Source of the DNA: Squalus acanthias
Taxonomy: Eukaryota
Direction: 5' to 3'
Length of the DNA: 64,000 nt
NCBI GenBank assembly: GCA_030390025.1
Contig: CM059432.1
Coordinates: 102,922,001-102,986,000 of the forward strand
The notes under the pieces were generated by a model, which saw only the letters and a list, made by a program, of their open reading frames with translations, was not told where the DNA came from and ran no database searches. Shown here piece by piece: positions 1 to 12,720 of this stretch. Both the position numbers and the translations under genes were made by a program. How positions within the stretch are numbered: position 1 is the first letter of the stretch; every line of letters starts with the position of its first letter.

Positions 1-2224
1 TTTGCTGCCATGCAAACTCAGACTGCTGCCATCGTGGCTGGGTCTACGAGTGTGGAAAGGTGCGTGCAGGGTCTCACAGCACTCCAGCAATCTGTGCTCC
101 AACAGATGAGGCACTGCCCCAGGGGAGTGGCAGTGGCTCCATGGAGCAAGAACCTGCTGTCCTCTCTCAGGATGACTGCATTCGTACTCCCACCCCTGCC
201 ACTCTGCGAGTGCCATTGCAGTTGCCTGTCAGCCAGCCAGCCCAGACTGCTGCCGCCCATGCCGAGGTGGTGCAGTCTACAGCTGGGCCTTCTTGGACCA
301 GAGCTGCTTCAAGTTGTCCTGCAAGGCCATCTGCAGCTTTACCCACAGAAAGTCAGCAGCCTTCCACCAGCCATTCAGCACCCACTGGGGGAGCACTTCG
401 TAGGAGCACTAGAATAGGCAAAGGAACATGAAAGACAGACACTAAGGGAATGCACAAGGGTGATTAGTTGACTTTGTAATGTAATATTAGAATTATTAAT
501 TTATAAATTATGTTTGGAGTGTTTGTTTAGTGGTGGCTTTCATTTCAGCATTGTGCCCAAGAGAATGCTGTGATGTTCTGTGACAGAGGGATGGTAAGGT
601 GGGGAAGTGTTGAGCAACGGGGATCTGGGGTTTCAGTCTGAGGAACGGAGTCTGATGATGCACTCACGGACTGCCCGCCTGGAACGGAGATTTGCAGGCT
701 GCTTCCTCCCTTCCTCCTCCTCCAGAGGTGGTCGCGGAACCCATGGCGGCATGGGCTGCGCCCTCATGATGGCAAATTTGTGGAGGATGCAGCTCACCAC
801 CACAAATTAGGACACCCGTTCTGGTGAGTGCTGAAGAGCCCCTCCTGAGCTGTCAAGGGAGTGGAACTGTTGCTTGAGCACCTTGATGGTCTGCTCGATG
901 AGGTTCCTCATGGCAACATGGCTGTCATTATATGATTGATGACCATAAGTGGTGGGGTTGCGGAGGGGCGTCAACAGCCAGCTGTAGAGCGGATATCCCT
1001 TGTCACTGAGCAGCCACCCTCGGGTTCGACGTGGTGGCTGGAAGATTGCTGCCAAAGTGGACTGGCGCAGGATGAATGTAACATGATTGCTGCCAGGATA
1101 CCGGGCATTCACCATCATGATGTGCTGGGCGTGGCCGCACACCAACTGCACATTAAGATAATGGTAGCCTTTGTGGTTACAGTAGATCTCAGCATTGATA
1201 TGCAGCGGCCGCAAAGCCACGTGTGTGCAGTCAATGGTGCCCTCCACCATGGGGAAGCCCGATATCCTGGCAAAGGCATGACCACGCTTTTCCTGCTTCT
1301 TTCTGTTCAGAGAGAAGACAATGAAGGCCCTTCTCCTGGAGTACAGAGCCTCTGTGGCCTCCCGGATGCAGCGATGGACGGCGAACTGCGATATGTTAGC
1401 TATGGAAGGATGCGCTGGCGAATATATTCATCACCATGGTCACGTTGAGGGCCACCGGCAGTGCTGTTGTCACCCTGCTCTGAGGCTGCAGGCCTGGTTC
1501 CAAGAAGTGGCAGACTTCTTTGACTTCCTCCTTTGTTAAGCGGAGTCGCCGAATACACTGCTGCTGGCCTAGGTGGGTAAAGCCTCCTGCTGAGAGTTCT
1601 CCTCCCCCTCCTCCTCCTCCCTCTGCGAGCAGCTTGTCTTTGCTGCCTCTGCTCCATCTCCCCGTCATGCTGCAGCACGAGGGGGACCCTCATGACTGGG
1701 AGCAAGTGGTGTAGTCAGAGGCCTTCCTTTAAGAGCCAATGCTTTCCCAACGTCCAGCAGCACCCCCTGCACTCCCTGCACACTTTTCCAACTTTTTAAA
1801 TGTCTTAGACCAAGACACTATTGAAATAAACTGTACAGGAACCAGTACAAAAGCAAAAAGCAACTTATCTCAAAGTTGCACTGTGTCCCTTTAAGTAGGG
1901 CTGGTGGTGGAGGGGGGGGAGCGGGGGAGGCCCTCGTGCAGCTGAATGCACATTCAGCTGTGCGTGTTTAGGAGAGGACGTACAGTGGAGCAGCAATGTC
2001 CAAAATGGAACATTGTGCCTCAAAACAGCGTTAGATGCTGATTGACGGCAGAATCTGCCTCATTTGATTTTTTCCGGCGTACGCGCGTCCCACCCATGCT
2101 ATCACCCTTCCCAAGATGGCAACCAACGCGGGCCATGCTGGAAGTGAATGGAAGCGAGGTGGCCACCATTTATTACTTCAAACCAGCCATAACAGCTGGC
2201 GCCAAGATGCTGAATTTCGTGGCC
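1..2224. mobile_element. PIF/Harbinger transposon H1, cut by the window's left edge
   Basis: Myb-partner C-terminal coding remnant on + (ORF 60-431) converges on a minus-strand transposase. The element ends in the TIR-like AATTTCGTGGCC at 2224, directly before a CR1 fragment. It is similar to H5. Confidence 0.85.
640..1705 (-). pseudogene. HARBI1-like Harbinger DDE transposase, disrupted
   Basis: Motifs GTIDCTH, LNVQLVC, LLSDKGY and RNLIEQTIKVLKQQF, plus a basic N-terminus (RRGRRRRGRR), are split across frames. Confidence 0.9.
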
Positions 2225-2826
2225 ATAGAGTACAAAAGCAAGGAGGTTATGCAAAATCTTTATCAGCCACTGGTTAGGCCTCAGCTGGAGTATTGTGTCC
2301 AATTCTGAGCACCATACTTTAGGAAAGAAGTCAAGGCATTAGAGAGGGTGCAGAGGAGATTTACTCGAATGGTTCCAGGGATGAGAGACTCGAGAAACTG
2401 AAGTTGTTCTCCTTAGAGCAGAGAAGGTTAAGGGGAGATTATCATCAAAGATTTTGATAGAGTAAATAAGGAGACGTTGTTTCCAGTGACAGATGGGTCA
2501 GTAACCAGAGGACATAGATTTAAATAATTGTAAAACGAACACAAGGCGACATGAGGAATTTTTTTTATGGAGCGAGTTATGATGATCTGGAAGGCACTGC
2601 CTGAAAGGGTGGTGGAATCAGATTCAATAGCAACTTTCAAAAACGAATTGGATATATACTTAAAAAGGAAAATTTTGCAGGGCTATGGGGAAAGAGCAGC
2701 GGAGTGGAACTCATTAGATAGCTCTTTCAAGGAACTGCCACAGGCAAGATGGCACGATGTGCTGTGACATTCTATAATTCTATGATTCTATAATTCTATG
2801 ATTCTATAATTCTATGATTCTATAAT
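2225..2826 (+). mobile_element. CR1 LINE 3' fragment
   Basis: Encodes LVRPQLEYCVQF and WKALPERVV, typical of the CR1 ORF2 C-terminus. It ends in an ATTCTAT(G/A) tandem tail. Confidence 0.9.
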
Positions 2827-3631
2827 GGGATTGAATGCCTCAAATTGGACTGATCATTGGTGTAGGTAAGAATTTCTGCAATTCTCAAGTTATTTAACCT
2901 TTTATTGTGTTGCTAGCATGTTCTGTTCTGCATTAAAATACAATTCTTTATCCCTGCTTCCCTCCATAGTGGTATGGCATGAAAATTCTGTCTTGATGCT
3001 AATTGCCAAATGATTAAAATCAGAGCAGTGTTTAGCACAGTGCTAAATAGCATTAGGCCCATAGATCATGACAGTAACATTAATTAGTGGTGGCACAGTG
3101 TTAATAAAATGTACCCAGAGAATTAAACAAGTCTCTTTTGGTGAGTGCAGCCTTCATCAAGCAAAGTCTAACAACAAATCAAATAGGCATATCTTGAAAC
3201 ATGGATATATGAATGTATTGAAATTTCATATGTTGTAGTTCATTGAACAATACTACTATTCTACTGATATGCACCTACAAAATATTATGTCCTGTTTATT
3301 AAAGTATAAATGCACATGGAATTTCTTCAGAAACTTAAGTAATGCGGTCAGATCTAACATTCACTGCAGACAGAAATATGATAATGAGTGGATAAGTCAG
3401 TGGTTCAAACTTGCTGTTAATTAACAATGAATGGATAATACTTTGAGTCTGCATATATGTATGTGTGGGTGAACAATCTCAAATGGGTGGCAGTGCATCT
3501 ATCTGAGAGGCATCTTATTGGCAACAGAGAGACTGGCAGTTGGCTAGCTTTGAGTAAATGGTGGCCAGGCAGCAGTATGAAATCATGTAAATATTGAAGA
3601 TTATGATTGCAAAGATTGAAAAAAATATATT

Positions 3632-4405
3632 GGCCCGTAATTTGCGGTCAGCGGGTAAGCGAAGGTGTTCGCCGTTGGCCCCGAAGTAAGCTTCGCACAA
3701 AGATCTTGCGATCTCTGTGTCGAGAAGTTCGGGTTTTCCGATGTGTAATCAAATCAATGGAATATAGTGGGGATTCCCTTGTGTGAGCTGCTGTGACATC
3801 AACAAGCTGTCTAAGCAGCCAATCAAAATGCAGAATTCTCACAGACAGCAAACAAGGAAGTGAGTAAGTTTTTAAAATTCTAACTTTTTAAAAATGTTAG
3901 AGAGAGCAAAACATAGATTGGGGCACTCACATTGGGAAAAGGCAAACCTGAAATAATGATGAACAAGCTTTAAAAAATATATTTTTTTATAGTTTCTTAA
4001 AAATGTTAATTTTTATTAAAATTGATAAATTTGACACTGCACAAAATTAAAATTAGTTTTTCAGGTCCATAACCTTTGGTTAGCAGTCAATACACTGTTA
4101 AAAGCCCAGTTACACCTAATTCATTTTGGGTCTAACTTTTAGTGAGGTATTCAACAGCATAATTACTGCGGAAGAGCTGCAGTTTTCCTCAGTTTCCCTG
4201 ATTTGAGTTGTTTCACTGATTGCCCAGCTCTGTGTTGGGGGGGCACAGCACAGCCTGTGGAGGAGCAGTGAATGTCAGAGCACAACTTCAGGATTCCCAC
4301 ATGTGCCTGCGCATGCACCAAATCTAGAAGTTGCGGTCAGTTTCAAAGGCGGAATGACAGCGAACGCTGCCAGTTCGCCAATATCCGGACCGCAAATTCC
4401 GGGCC
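3632..4405. mobile_element. Harbinger-type MITE (774 bp)
   Basis: 18-bp TIRs GGCCCGTAATTTGCGGTC / GACCGCAAATTCCGGGCC with 1 mismatch, ATT TSD on both sides, no coding capacity. Confidence 0.88.
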
Positions 4406-5389
4406 ATTATAAATTCTGCCAATGACACTGTTTAATGCAATGCACATAAGATAATAGTATTTCACTGCTAGTATTTTATTTACATGATGACTATATTAGT
4501 AAATCAAGTACCAGGAATACATATTTTTAGACATTATTTGTTACGTAACTGTGACAAGCTATTTGACTAATGCTAAAGGCTCATATGCTGCACTTGTTCT
4601 TCATCCTCAATCATGATTAATGGTAGGAATTATCCACTTCTGGATTCTTGATTACATACTTTGTTTTTTTAAATTGTACTTTTTTATTTATAATATAATG
4701 AGAGAAGTCAAAAGTTAAATGGTTTATATAGGGTTTGTAAATTATATTACTTGTGACTAATTTTGTTCAAAGCAAGTACAGATTATAAAGCCTACAGCTT
4801 GCAATCTCAAGCACCCACTCACTATACATTCCATCTGATAATAACAGCTGGAACAAGCCAGCAAGGGAGGGAAAATATGTTAAAGAAGAAATAGCCTATT
4901 CATTTTAATACCCTTTACATAACAAGTGTGCTCAGTAAGTTTATGGAATAAATTTATCCTCTTCTCCACACATGAAATTTGGAATTTATTCTGCATAGGT
5001 GAAGCAACAGCACATCTGAGACTATGGCCGGAATTACAGGCACTCAAGAGCCTTTTCCCCCCTACATTTTAAATTTCCCTGCATGGCCATGGGATCCATG
5101 CAGCTCAGGAACCACGTCTGTCAACTTGAGGCGGGAGTTGAGCGGCCATTGCTCCAGCTGATTACTTGACAGCATCAAATGTACTATAAACGCTCCCACC
5201 TCACAGTTGATCACTTTCCTCAGGCAGAAGCTGTTGCTGACTACATTCCCAGCACAGATTTAACTTTCTGCAGGCTGAAAGTCTTTCCAGCAAAGTCTCC
5301 ATCCGGTCTCACCTCAATAGAAGAACCTCTGTCACCACTGACAGATTGCTTCTGTCAACTTTACTTCACCTGCCATCTATTACATCAGC

Positions 5390-8274
5390 ATGGGTGCTGT
5401 TTATACTGTCTCGCCTTGGTCCTCAGAATTGGACCACGATGAGTCCCAACACCAGCAGCACCAGGCACACCAGCAGCACCAACAACAAAACCAACAATCT
5501 TCTCCTCAACCACCTGATGCTGCACAGGACAGAGGGCATCAGCGCAGGGCTGCACCACGCTGGAGGTGATACCCCAACACAGGGTATACAGGCAGAGGAT
5601 GAACTTCCTCAACATGACTGAGCAGCACTGACAAAGGAGGCTTAAGCTATCGCACCAGGTCATCACAGACATTTGCACATTGCTGGAGCAAGACCTGCAG
5701 CCCAGAGGAGCGGGTGGACATGCCTTACCAGTGGCTGTCAAAGTCACCACCGCCCTCAACTTCCTCACCTCAGGCTCCTTCCAGGGATCTGCAGCAGACA
5801 TTTGCGGCATCTCGCAGTTGGCTGCCCACAAAGGCATCACACAGGTCACCGATGCCCTGTTTGACATGTCAACCAATTATATCAACTTTGCCACTGATGA
5901 AGCCAGTGTTATTGAGCGGGCGCTCGGCTTTGCCGCTCTGGCTGGCTTCCTACGGGTGCAGGGCGTCATCAACTGCACACATGTGGCGATCAGGACACCC
6001 CATCATCATCCAGGAGTCTTTGTGAACCGCAAGGGCTTCCACTCCCTTAATGTGCAGCTTGTCTGCAACCATAGGAAGATCATCATGCATGTGTGCACCA
6101 GATTCCCAGGCAGCTGTCATGTAAGGGTTTCGTGCCTGTGTCTCAGACGGTGCTGGTGCGAGGTTAGGCCTTCGTTGTCTAATACTATTGCTTGCTCTGG
6201 TCTCCGGCCAGCCTTATTGCAATAAGCACCTGTGAGTGGTTCGACCCACTCACCCTTACGGTTCTAACACTGGACTTAGGTGCAGAAGCAGTAATGCAGA
6301 GAAAACTCAGATAGACCCGGTTGAATAGTACGAAATGGAAATCTTTATTGCATAGCGTCCAAAATCATGAAGTACATGTCATAGGCGCAAATTAACGAGA
6401 GTACAAGTATACATACATTCATAAAGCTTGGTCTATGGTAATGAAGAACGCACGGCACATCGTAAAAAGGGGAACACATTATACTTTATCCTTAATAAAA
6501 CCACCCTCCCTTATCAATACCTACACTACGTCTAGATTTGTAGGATTGGGAAACATGCTCACCACTCGTGTTACTTCGGAGAATTGTAAAGTGAGGCACT
6601 CGGCTCGTTTCGCTGCAGCGCCTGACTGTCACGTGTTTGGAAGGGTCTCTGTACCCCACTTGTTTATCTTTGCTGCTGCGACAAGCAGGCTCATCTCCCT
6701 GTTGTCATGAGGAAGTCGATGGACCCAAACCGGATCGTGCAGTAACCCGTAAAGTTCAACAAAATGAGTTCTGTATTTATATTTTCGGGCGTGGTCGGGG
6801 TTTACTGACCGTGGCGGCACGTGGATTCTTCTTCTTGTCTTGTCGTTTCTTCTTGTCTCTTCGGGCCTTCGGGTCCAGACACCGTTCACCGACTCTCGGG
6901 ATGGTGCACCCGGTCACTTGCCCTCGTCAGGGCGGCTCGTTCCGTTTGAGCTCCACCCAACATTCGAATAACCGTCCAGTGTGGCTAAAAGTCCAGAGTC
7001 AACAGAGTCCAGCCCTACAGAAGAGCTTCAGCCAGCGGTCGAGCAGTCAGATAAGAGACCGAATCCAGCGCATAAGAGTCCAGCCCGAGTCAAGAGAATA
7101 AGAGTCGAATCAAGAGACCGATGGACATTTGTTCATTATAGTTATAGTGCTGTGTTCCCTTATCTCCCGCTCAAATCTTAATGTTTGTCCTTTGTGTAAT
7201 ATTGGCGCTCAAAACTCCCAGCATGGGGCGATTCTTGTCTTTAACGGGTTTCGGTAGCACCTGAAACTGGCCAACTACCCGTTAATGTTTTCCCCATTGT
7301 TGACCCAGCCAGGATCATATGAATCGTCTCCCTGACTGGTTTTGGGGGCCCCCGAATACTTGCTTAATCACCCGTCAATGTCTCTCTCATTGTAGAGCCG
7401 TGGGGGTATTTGTGTATTGATGTGTCTGGATGGGCCTTCGATTGCCCAGTACAATGGTCCTTACTTGTGCATGGAAAACGATTCCAGCACTTATATCTTT
7501 GCTATTGTCACAAATGCAAACAGGTTGCATCCTGTCTTTATCAGTGTTTATCGAGTATGATCCAATTTTATATCGAATGTTTATTCGACGCCATCTTGTC
7601 TGCCCACTGTATTTCTGGAAGCTTCTGCCACGATGCGCGGCGGCCATTTTACAGGCTTCTGTGTCCTTTATATCATGACAGCATTTTGTTTAATAAAACT
7701 GATCAAACGAATCTGCTTCTATCTTGTTATTTTGAATCGCGATAATTGCGAAACTTTACAGTCATGACTCTTTCATGCTGTGCCAGTCCACCCTCCCTCA
7801 GGTCTTTGCACCTCCAAACATACCTTGCAGCTGGCTGCTTGGAGAGAAGGGCTATCCACTGAAGATGTGGCTCATGACACCCTTGAGGTAGCCAAGTACT
7901 GAGGCCCAGGAGAGATATAATGAAAGCACATCTCCACCAGATGTGTCATACTGCAGACAATAGGCTTGCTGAAAATGTGATTCAGATGCCTTGACAGATC
8001 TGGAGGAGCCCTTCAGTATGCACCAGCCAGGGTCTCCAGAATCGTCGTGGTCGGCTGCACCCTGCACAACATAGCACAGCAGCGAGGATTAGCGCTGCAT
8101 GAGGAGCATGGCACTGAGCGCACAGCCTCTTCATAGGAGGAGGAGGAGGAGCATCAGCTGGCAGACAAGGAGGAGCAGGAGCTGGAGGAACCTGCGGTGC
8201 AGATGACACCAGCACTCGAGCACATTGCTGCCCGGGAGGCCAGGGATGGCCTCATCATGGTCAGATTTACTTAA
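5390..8274 (+). pseudogene. Harbinger transposase of H2, interrupted by LTR X1 and by stops
   Basis: [18 protein letters not shown] and [14 protein letters not shown]...RFPGSC precede the insertion. HDS...LLGEKGY resumes after 7760. Confidence 0.9.
6120..7760 (-). mobile_element. Solo LTR, family X copy 1 (1641 bp)
   Basis: TGTAA...TTACA termini and a 4-bp GTCA TSD (6116-6119, 7761-7764). The equivalent empty site is visible in the H6 transposase near 59240. A GC box, TATAAATA and AATAAA lie on the minus strand. Confidence 0.88.
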
Positions 8275-8407
8275 CTTTACGTAGTCCACCCAGATGGCTG
8301 CCACATGCTGCGCCAGGTTGGCAACACCCCATAACCACACCACTAAGCATCCCTACAATGACCAATCCATTCCTTTCACAGTCGCCACCATTGCTGGAGG
8401 TAACGCT

Positions 8408-9145
8408 GGCCTGTATTTTCCGATCGCAGGCCTCCCGCGGGCGGAGGCCTGCGATCTGGAAAAATCTGCGCCCTTACCTGAGGGCTCCCGGGAGGCGAAC
8501 AGTTCCGATGCTGGGCCTCTCCAAACTGCCGGTGTGCACGTATCCCAGAGGCGCAGGTAGTTTGCAGCATCCCTGGGATCACGTGGGCCATGGGGAGCCA
8601 ATCAAAGAAGGGAATCTCCCTTCATACATTTGACAGGAAGACCTGTCAAATATATGAATGAAGATCACCCCCAAAACATAGTAAAACTTTAAATAAATTT
8701 AAAAAAAAAATCACATTTTTAAAATGACTTGAAAGTACAATAAATTAACTATTTTAAACAAAACTTTAAATTTTTCAAAAAAATAATTAAAGTTTTTTAC
8801 AGGGCTAAAAATAAACTTACCTTTTTTTAAAAGTATTTTTAAATGATAAATCAGTGGAAATTTTTAAAAAACTTTTTTCAACTCTTATCCTGTTAAAAGC
8901 AGGCCTTACGTCTGCTTTTACCAGGCGCAAGAATTGTAAGGGTTTTCTGCGGGCGGAGGGTCTCCAAAAAGCGGAACTCTCTGCCCACAGAGGCCCTTCT
9001 CCCGGGCAGCCGGAGGATCTGTCAAGAGCTTTCTTGACAGATCTGAAATGCCGGTTTCCAACGCATGCGCAGTGCATGCCTGAAACCGGCATTTCCGATG
9101 TCCCTACAGCGCGTACCCACCCGTAGGGATCATAATATCCGGCCC
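8408..9145. mobile_element. Harbinger-type MITE nested in H2
   Basis: Degenerate TIRs and colinear similarity with 18101-18803. It is absent from the equivalent spacer of H6. Confidence 0.8.
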
Positions 9146-9319
9146 ATTATGTCTGACCTTTCACTCCAACTCGCTAAGCCACTTCCAAAGGTGCACACAA
9201 ATTTGTCCAAGACCGGAAAGTTTTGAAAATAAAGAAATTTATGGTTCACATTAAATAAACTGAAACATCACATCAACATTGAACAAAACACCCAAGTGGC
9301 TACCCTTGTGAATCTACTT

Positions 9320-11227
9320 GTGTGGCATCTTTCTCTTACGCGTGCTTCCACGTGGTGCTACCCCTGTGACTTCAGCAGAGGTCGAGGCAGCCTCCTCACT
9401 GCTGCGAATGCTTAGACATTTTTGGTGGTCGTCCTCTGGGTTTTGGAGTCTCTGATGGCCCCTCCAAAGTCTGCTCCTCCTGCGTCTATGCAGGGGCAGA
9501 GTCGGCCATCGCTGTCCGGGGAGTCATCTGGGGCTCTGACTGAGGGGGGGAGAAGTGTGAGTGCTGAGAGGAGCCCCCACTTCTATGTCCCCTCTCACCA
9601 TCATCCCTCATGGGCCAACCGCACTTCCCTGCTAGCAAGGAGCTAGAAAGCAACTTACCGCACATCAGTGGGGCCATGAGGACCCGCATCTACACCGACA
9701 TCCCTTCTAGAGAGGATGTCTATGAGCCTCTGCCATCTATTCTCCATAGATAGCCATCTATCCTCCATAGATACCCATCTATTGTCCATAGATAGCCATC
9801 TATTCTGCACAGAGACCATGTGCTCCTTTGAGTGGCGCATTAGCTGCTCCATGCAGGTGGCCATCCTATCCAAGGAACAGCCTACAGTAGCCATCGCCTG
9901 CGACATGGTGATGCTTATGTTGGAGATGGACTCCTCCATTCTCTGAACACTGACGGTCATCACACTCGCAAAACCTGTCAGAGCCTCCTGCACTTCTTCC
10001 TGCAGCTCCAGGATCACCCTCTTTCTGGATGGCCCCCGAGGCTCAGCGTTTGCATACAGCTGAGCAGAGCTGGGAATGTCCTGCGCCCTCCGGCGAGGAG
10101 CTCTCCACTGCTGTCCCTGTCTCCACCATCTGCTCTTGCTCACTTGTGATTTGTGACACACCAGGTGACAACACTACTCTATCTCGTGAAGGACCCACCG
10201 AGGTGTGAGTATCTGTGCTGGTGCTGGGTGTGCTCCTGTCGGCTGATGATGCGCCCTCAGAGTCTGGAGGCTCATCTGAGGAGTCGTCTTCCTCTTGCGC
10301 CTGGACAGTAGGAGGGGCTCTTGATTGAGTTGTGGGAGAGTAAAGAGATGAGTCAGATATGTCATATGTAGATTGTGTACAGAAACTATTATGCACATAA
10401 TGACCATTCAATGGCTGCTGACATCAGCCCCCATATGAGTGACTGATGTATGCCATGTAGCTGTATGATATGTCATTCTGTTACCAGGTTGCTCAGATGT
10501 CCCCCTCTCTCCATCTCCCACCTCCAGGAGCTCGGCGACTCCTGCCAGCTCGAACGCAGCCTCCTCTGCTGTGGTCAGGGTGGCCATTGATGGGGGTCCA
10601 CCACCAGTTCACTCCCTCTCCCTCTTATTGTGGGCTCTCTTTTCCTGCAAGGAGGGAAAGAAGGGAAGGTTGAGTGAGAGTGATGGAATGAGTATAAGGA
10701 ATGGATGGGTTACAACTGTAGAGGGAGACTATGATGGAGTGGGGTGACAATTCCAAGTGGCCTCCTTGGGTTTTGTTAGTTGGCATGATTGCATTAGGAT
10801 GAGGCTGAGTGTGAGGGGTGGATAGTAAGGTGGGGATATGATAATGTAGATAGAGAGAGAGGGATGGGTAGACATGCAAGGTATGTTGGTATGAGTAACA
10901 ATGTGCAGGAGTAGGGTTGGGAAGACAGAGTGATGGGGATGTGATGAGAGGCACAGCAGGATAAAGTTGAGTGTGGCTTTGTACTCACCTTTCCTGATCT
11001 AATGAGATCATTGAACCATTTGCAGCACTGCACCAGGTCCTCCTGACGACATCCCTGCTGTTGACTTCCTCTGCTAATTGGAGCCAGGCTCCTTTTGTCT
11101 GCTGGGACGGTCTCTTCCTCCCATCAGCAGGGAAGAGGACCTCCCTGCATCCTCTGACTCTCTCCACAAGCATATGGAGGTAGTCATTGGAGAACCTGGC
11201 TGCAGCCCTCTGCCTCTGTGCAGCCAT
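9320..11227 (-). pseudogene. Spliced Myb/SANT-like (NAIF1/MSANTD-type) DNA-binding gene of H2, degenerate
   Basis: AARFSNDYL..W..LAEEV..RTW..C.K.FNDL trihelix-like exon with a GTGAGT donor near 10989, followed by further exons and a predicted coiled-coil region. Confidence 0.8.
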
Positions 11228-11611
11228 CTCTCCAACTGTTTGGAGCAATGAAATCCTCCAGTGTGCTGCCTGCACACTCCTAGATGAACCTTCAAATGTA
11301 ATATGGCCATGGCTCCTTTAAATATACCGGCTGAAAATGCGTCATCGATGATGTCACCAGACCCAAACCTTTTAATGCGTAGGACGGGCTTAATAGGCCC
11401 CATTATCGGAAAGTCATTCTGTGGAGCGGGATAGAGCCAGCAATGGGGTTGCAACCCGCCACGGTGGTCGCCCACACCGGTCCCGCCCAAGTAGGGAAAA
11501 TTCCGGCCTATCTCTTTTGGTTTCTCAAAGGCATCCTCTAAATGTTCCTTATTGATGTGCTTTACAGCACCAGTAACATATGTACAATCAGTTTAATGGA
11601 ATTGAGACAGT

Positions 11612-11746
11612 GGGGTAGATTTTGACTTTGTGTGATAGTGTAAAACAATCGCCAGCCCATTTTACATCTCTCCTGATTCTTATTTCCATTGAAGCCAATT
11701 CGCTATCATCTGTTTTACACTATCACACAAAGTTAAAATCTACCCC
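11612..11746. mobile_element. Short Harbinger-type MITE (135 bp)
   Basis: ~36-bp near-perfect TIRs starting GGGGTAGATTTT, with an AGT TSD on both sides. Confidence 0.88.
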
Positions 11747-12587
11747 AGTGAAAGTTGCTTGTCATGCAGGGGCAATGAAAAATTTGAAAACATACTTGAT
11801 TTCTTTTTGGATAATGTAGCCACAATTTATTTAGTTCCCACAATTATTTTCCCCATTGTGTTAGGTCTCTGCATGCCATGCAATAATTATTGACAATGAC
11901 AGGCAGGTAGCCTTCTCCAAGAGCTCTGAACATACTGCTTCAGATGGTAGGAGATGTGAAAGAGAAACTTGGGGTGACTGGCTTCCTGACTTGCCCTCCC
12001 TGATTCTGAAGCCCAGTTTTAATCCGACACTTGTTTAGGTCACATTCTGTCAAACCATTATGCATGAGCCAGCTCCAGGTGTTTAAACTACTAAATCTAT
12101 CTCTCTAATCATGGTGGCAGAGTTACGGACCGATGAAAAATTGGGTCTATGTGTTTGCTGCCAAAATAATCGAGAAGGATTTAGTAATGTAAACAGTGAG
12201 AGCTGGCTCATGGACACCAGTCTCCTTAAACAAATGTCACTACAAAAGCGGCTTTAGAGAATACTTCCCTCCATTACATTGCCCTTTGCTCTCTTTCCTT
12301 TCCCACAGATCCTGGGTAAAATTCACAAGGTTGGAAATTCAGATGTAATCCAGTGCCTTCCAATGTGTGCATTTCTACGCCAACCCAATACACTACTGTT
12401 GCCACCATTAGCCTTCATATTTCACTAAAAGAAGCTCAAATTAATTCAAATCTGAACTATTAAAATATGCAAGATATGAGAATCTTTTGTTCTTTGTCAA
12501 TTCTGAATTTTACATTCAAGGTGCGACATTAAAAAAAATAATTAAAATGATTGAAATTAGCATCCTTCCATAATACTGCAAAGAAAG

Positions 12588-12671
12588 TATATATCTATAT
12601 ATAGAGATATATATCTATATATCTATGTATAGATATATATATATATAGAGAGAGATTTCTATATATTTATC

Positions 12672-12709
<38 letters not shown>

Positions 12710-12720
12710 TATTTCTATAG
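12588..12720. repeat. (TA)n/(GA)n compound microsatellite
   Basis: Directly visible in the sequence. Confidence 0.95.

Larger units (their letters stand above)
5026..11508. mobile_element. PIF/Harbinger transposon H2 with a nested solo LTR and a nested MITE
   Basis: TIRs GGCCGGAATT / AATTCCGGCC and TAT TSD at 5023-5025 and 11509-11511. Contains convergent transposase and Myb genes. Confidence 0.92.

Noticed and set aside
6435..7745. Short ORFs recurring in all LTR X copies
   Set aside because: They are conserved only because the copies are near-identical. They are mostly antisense to the inferred transcript, are altered by indels between copies, and contain no domains.
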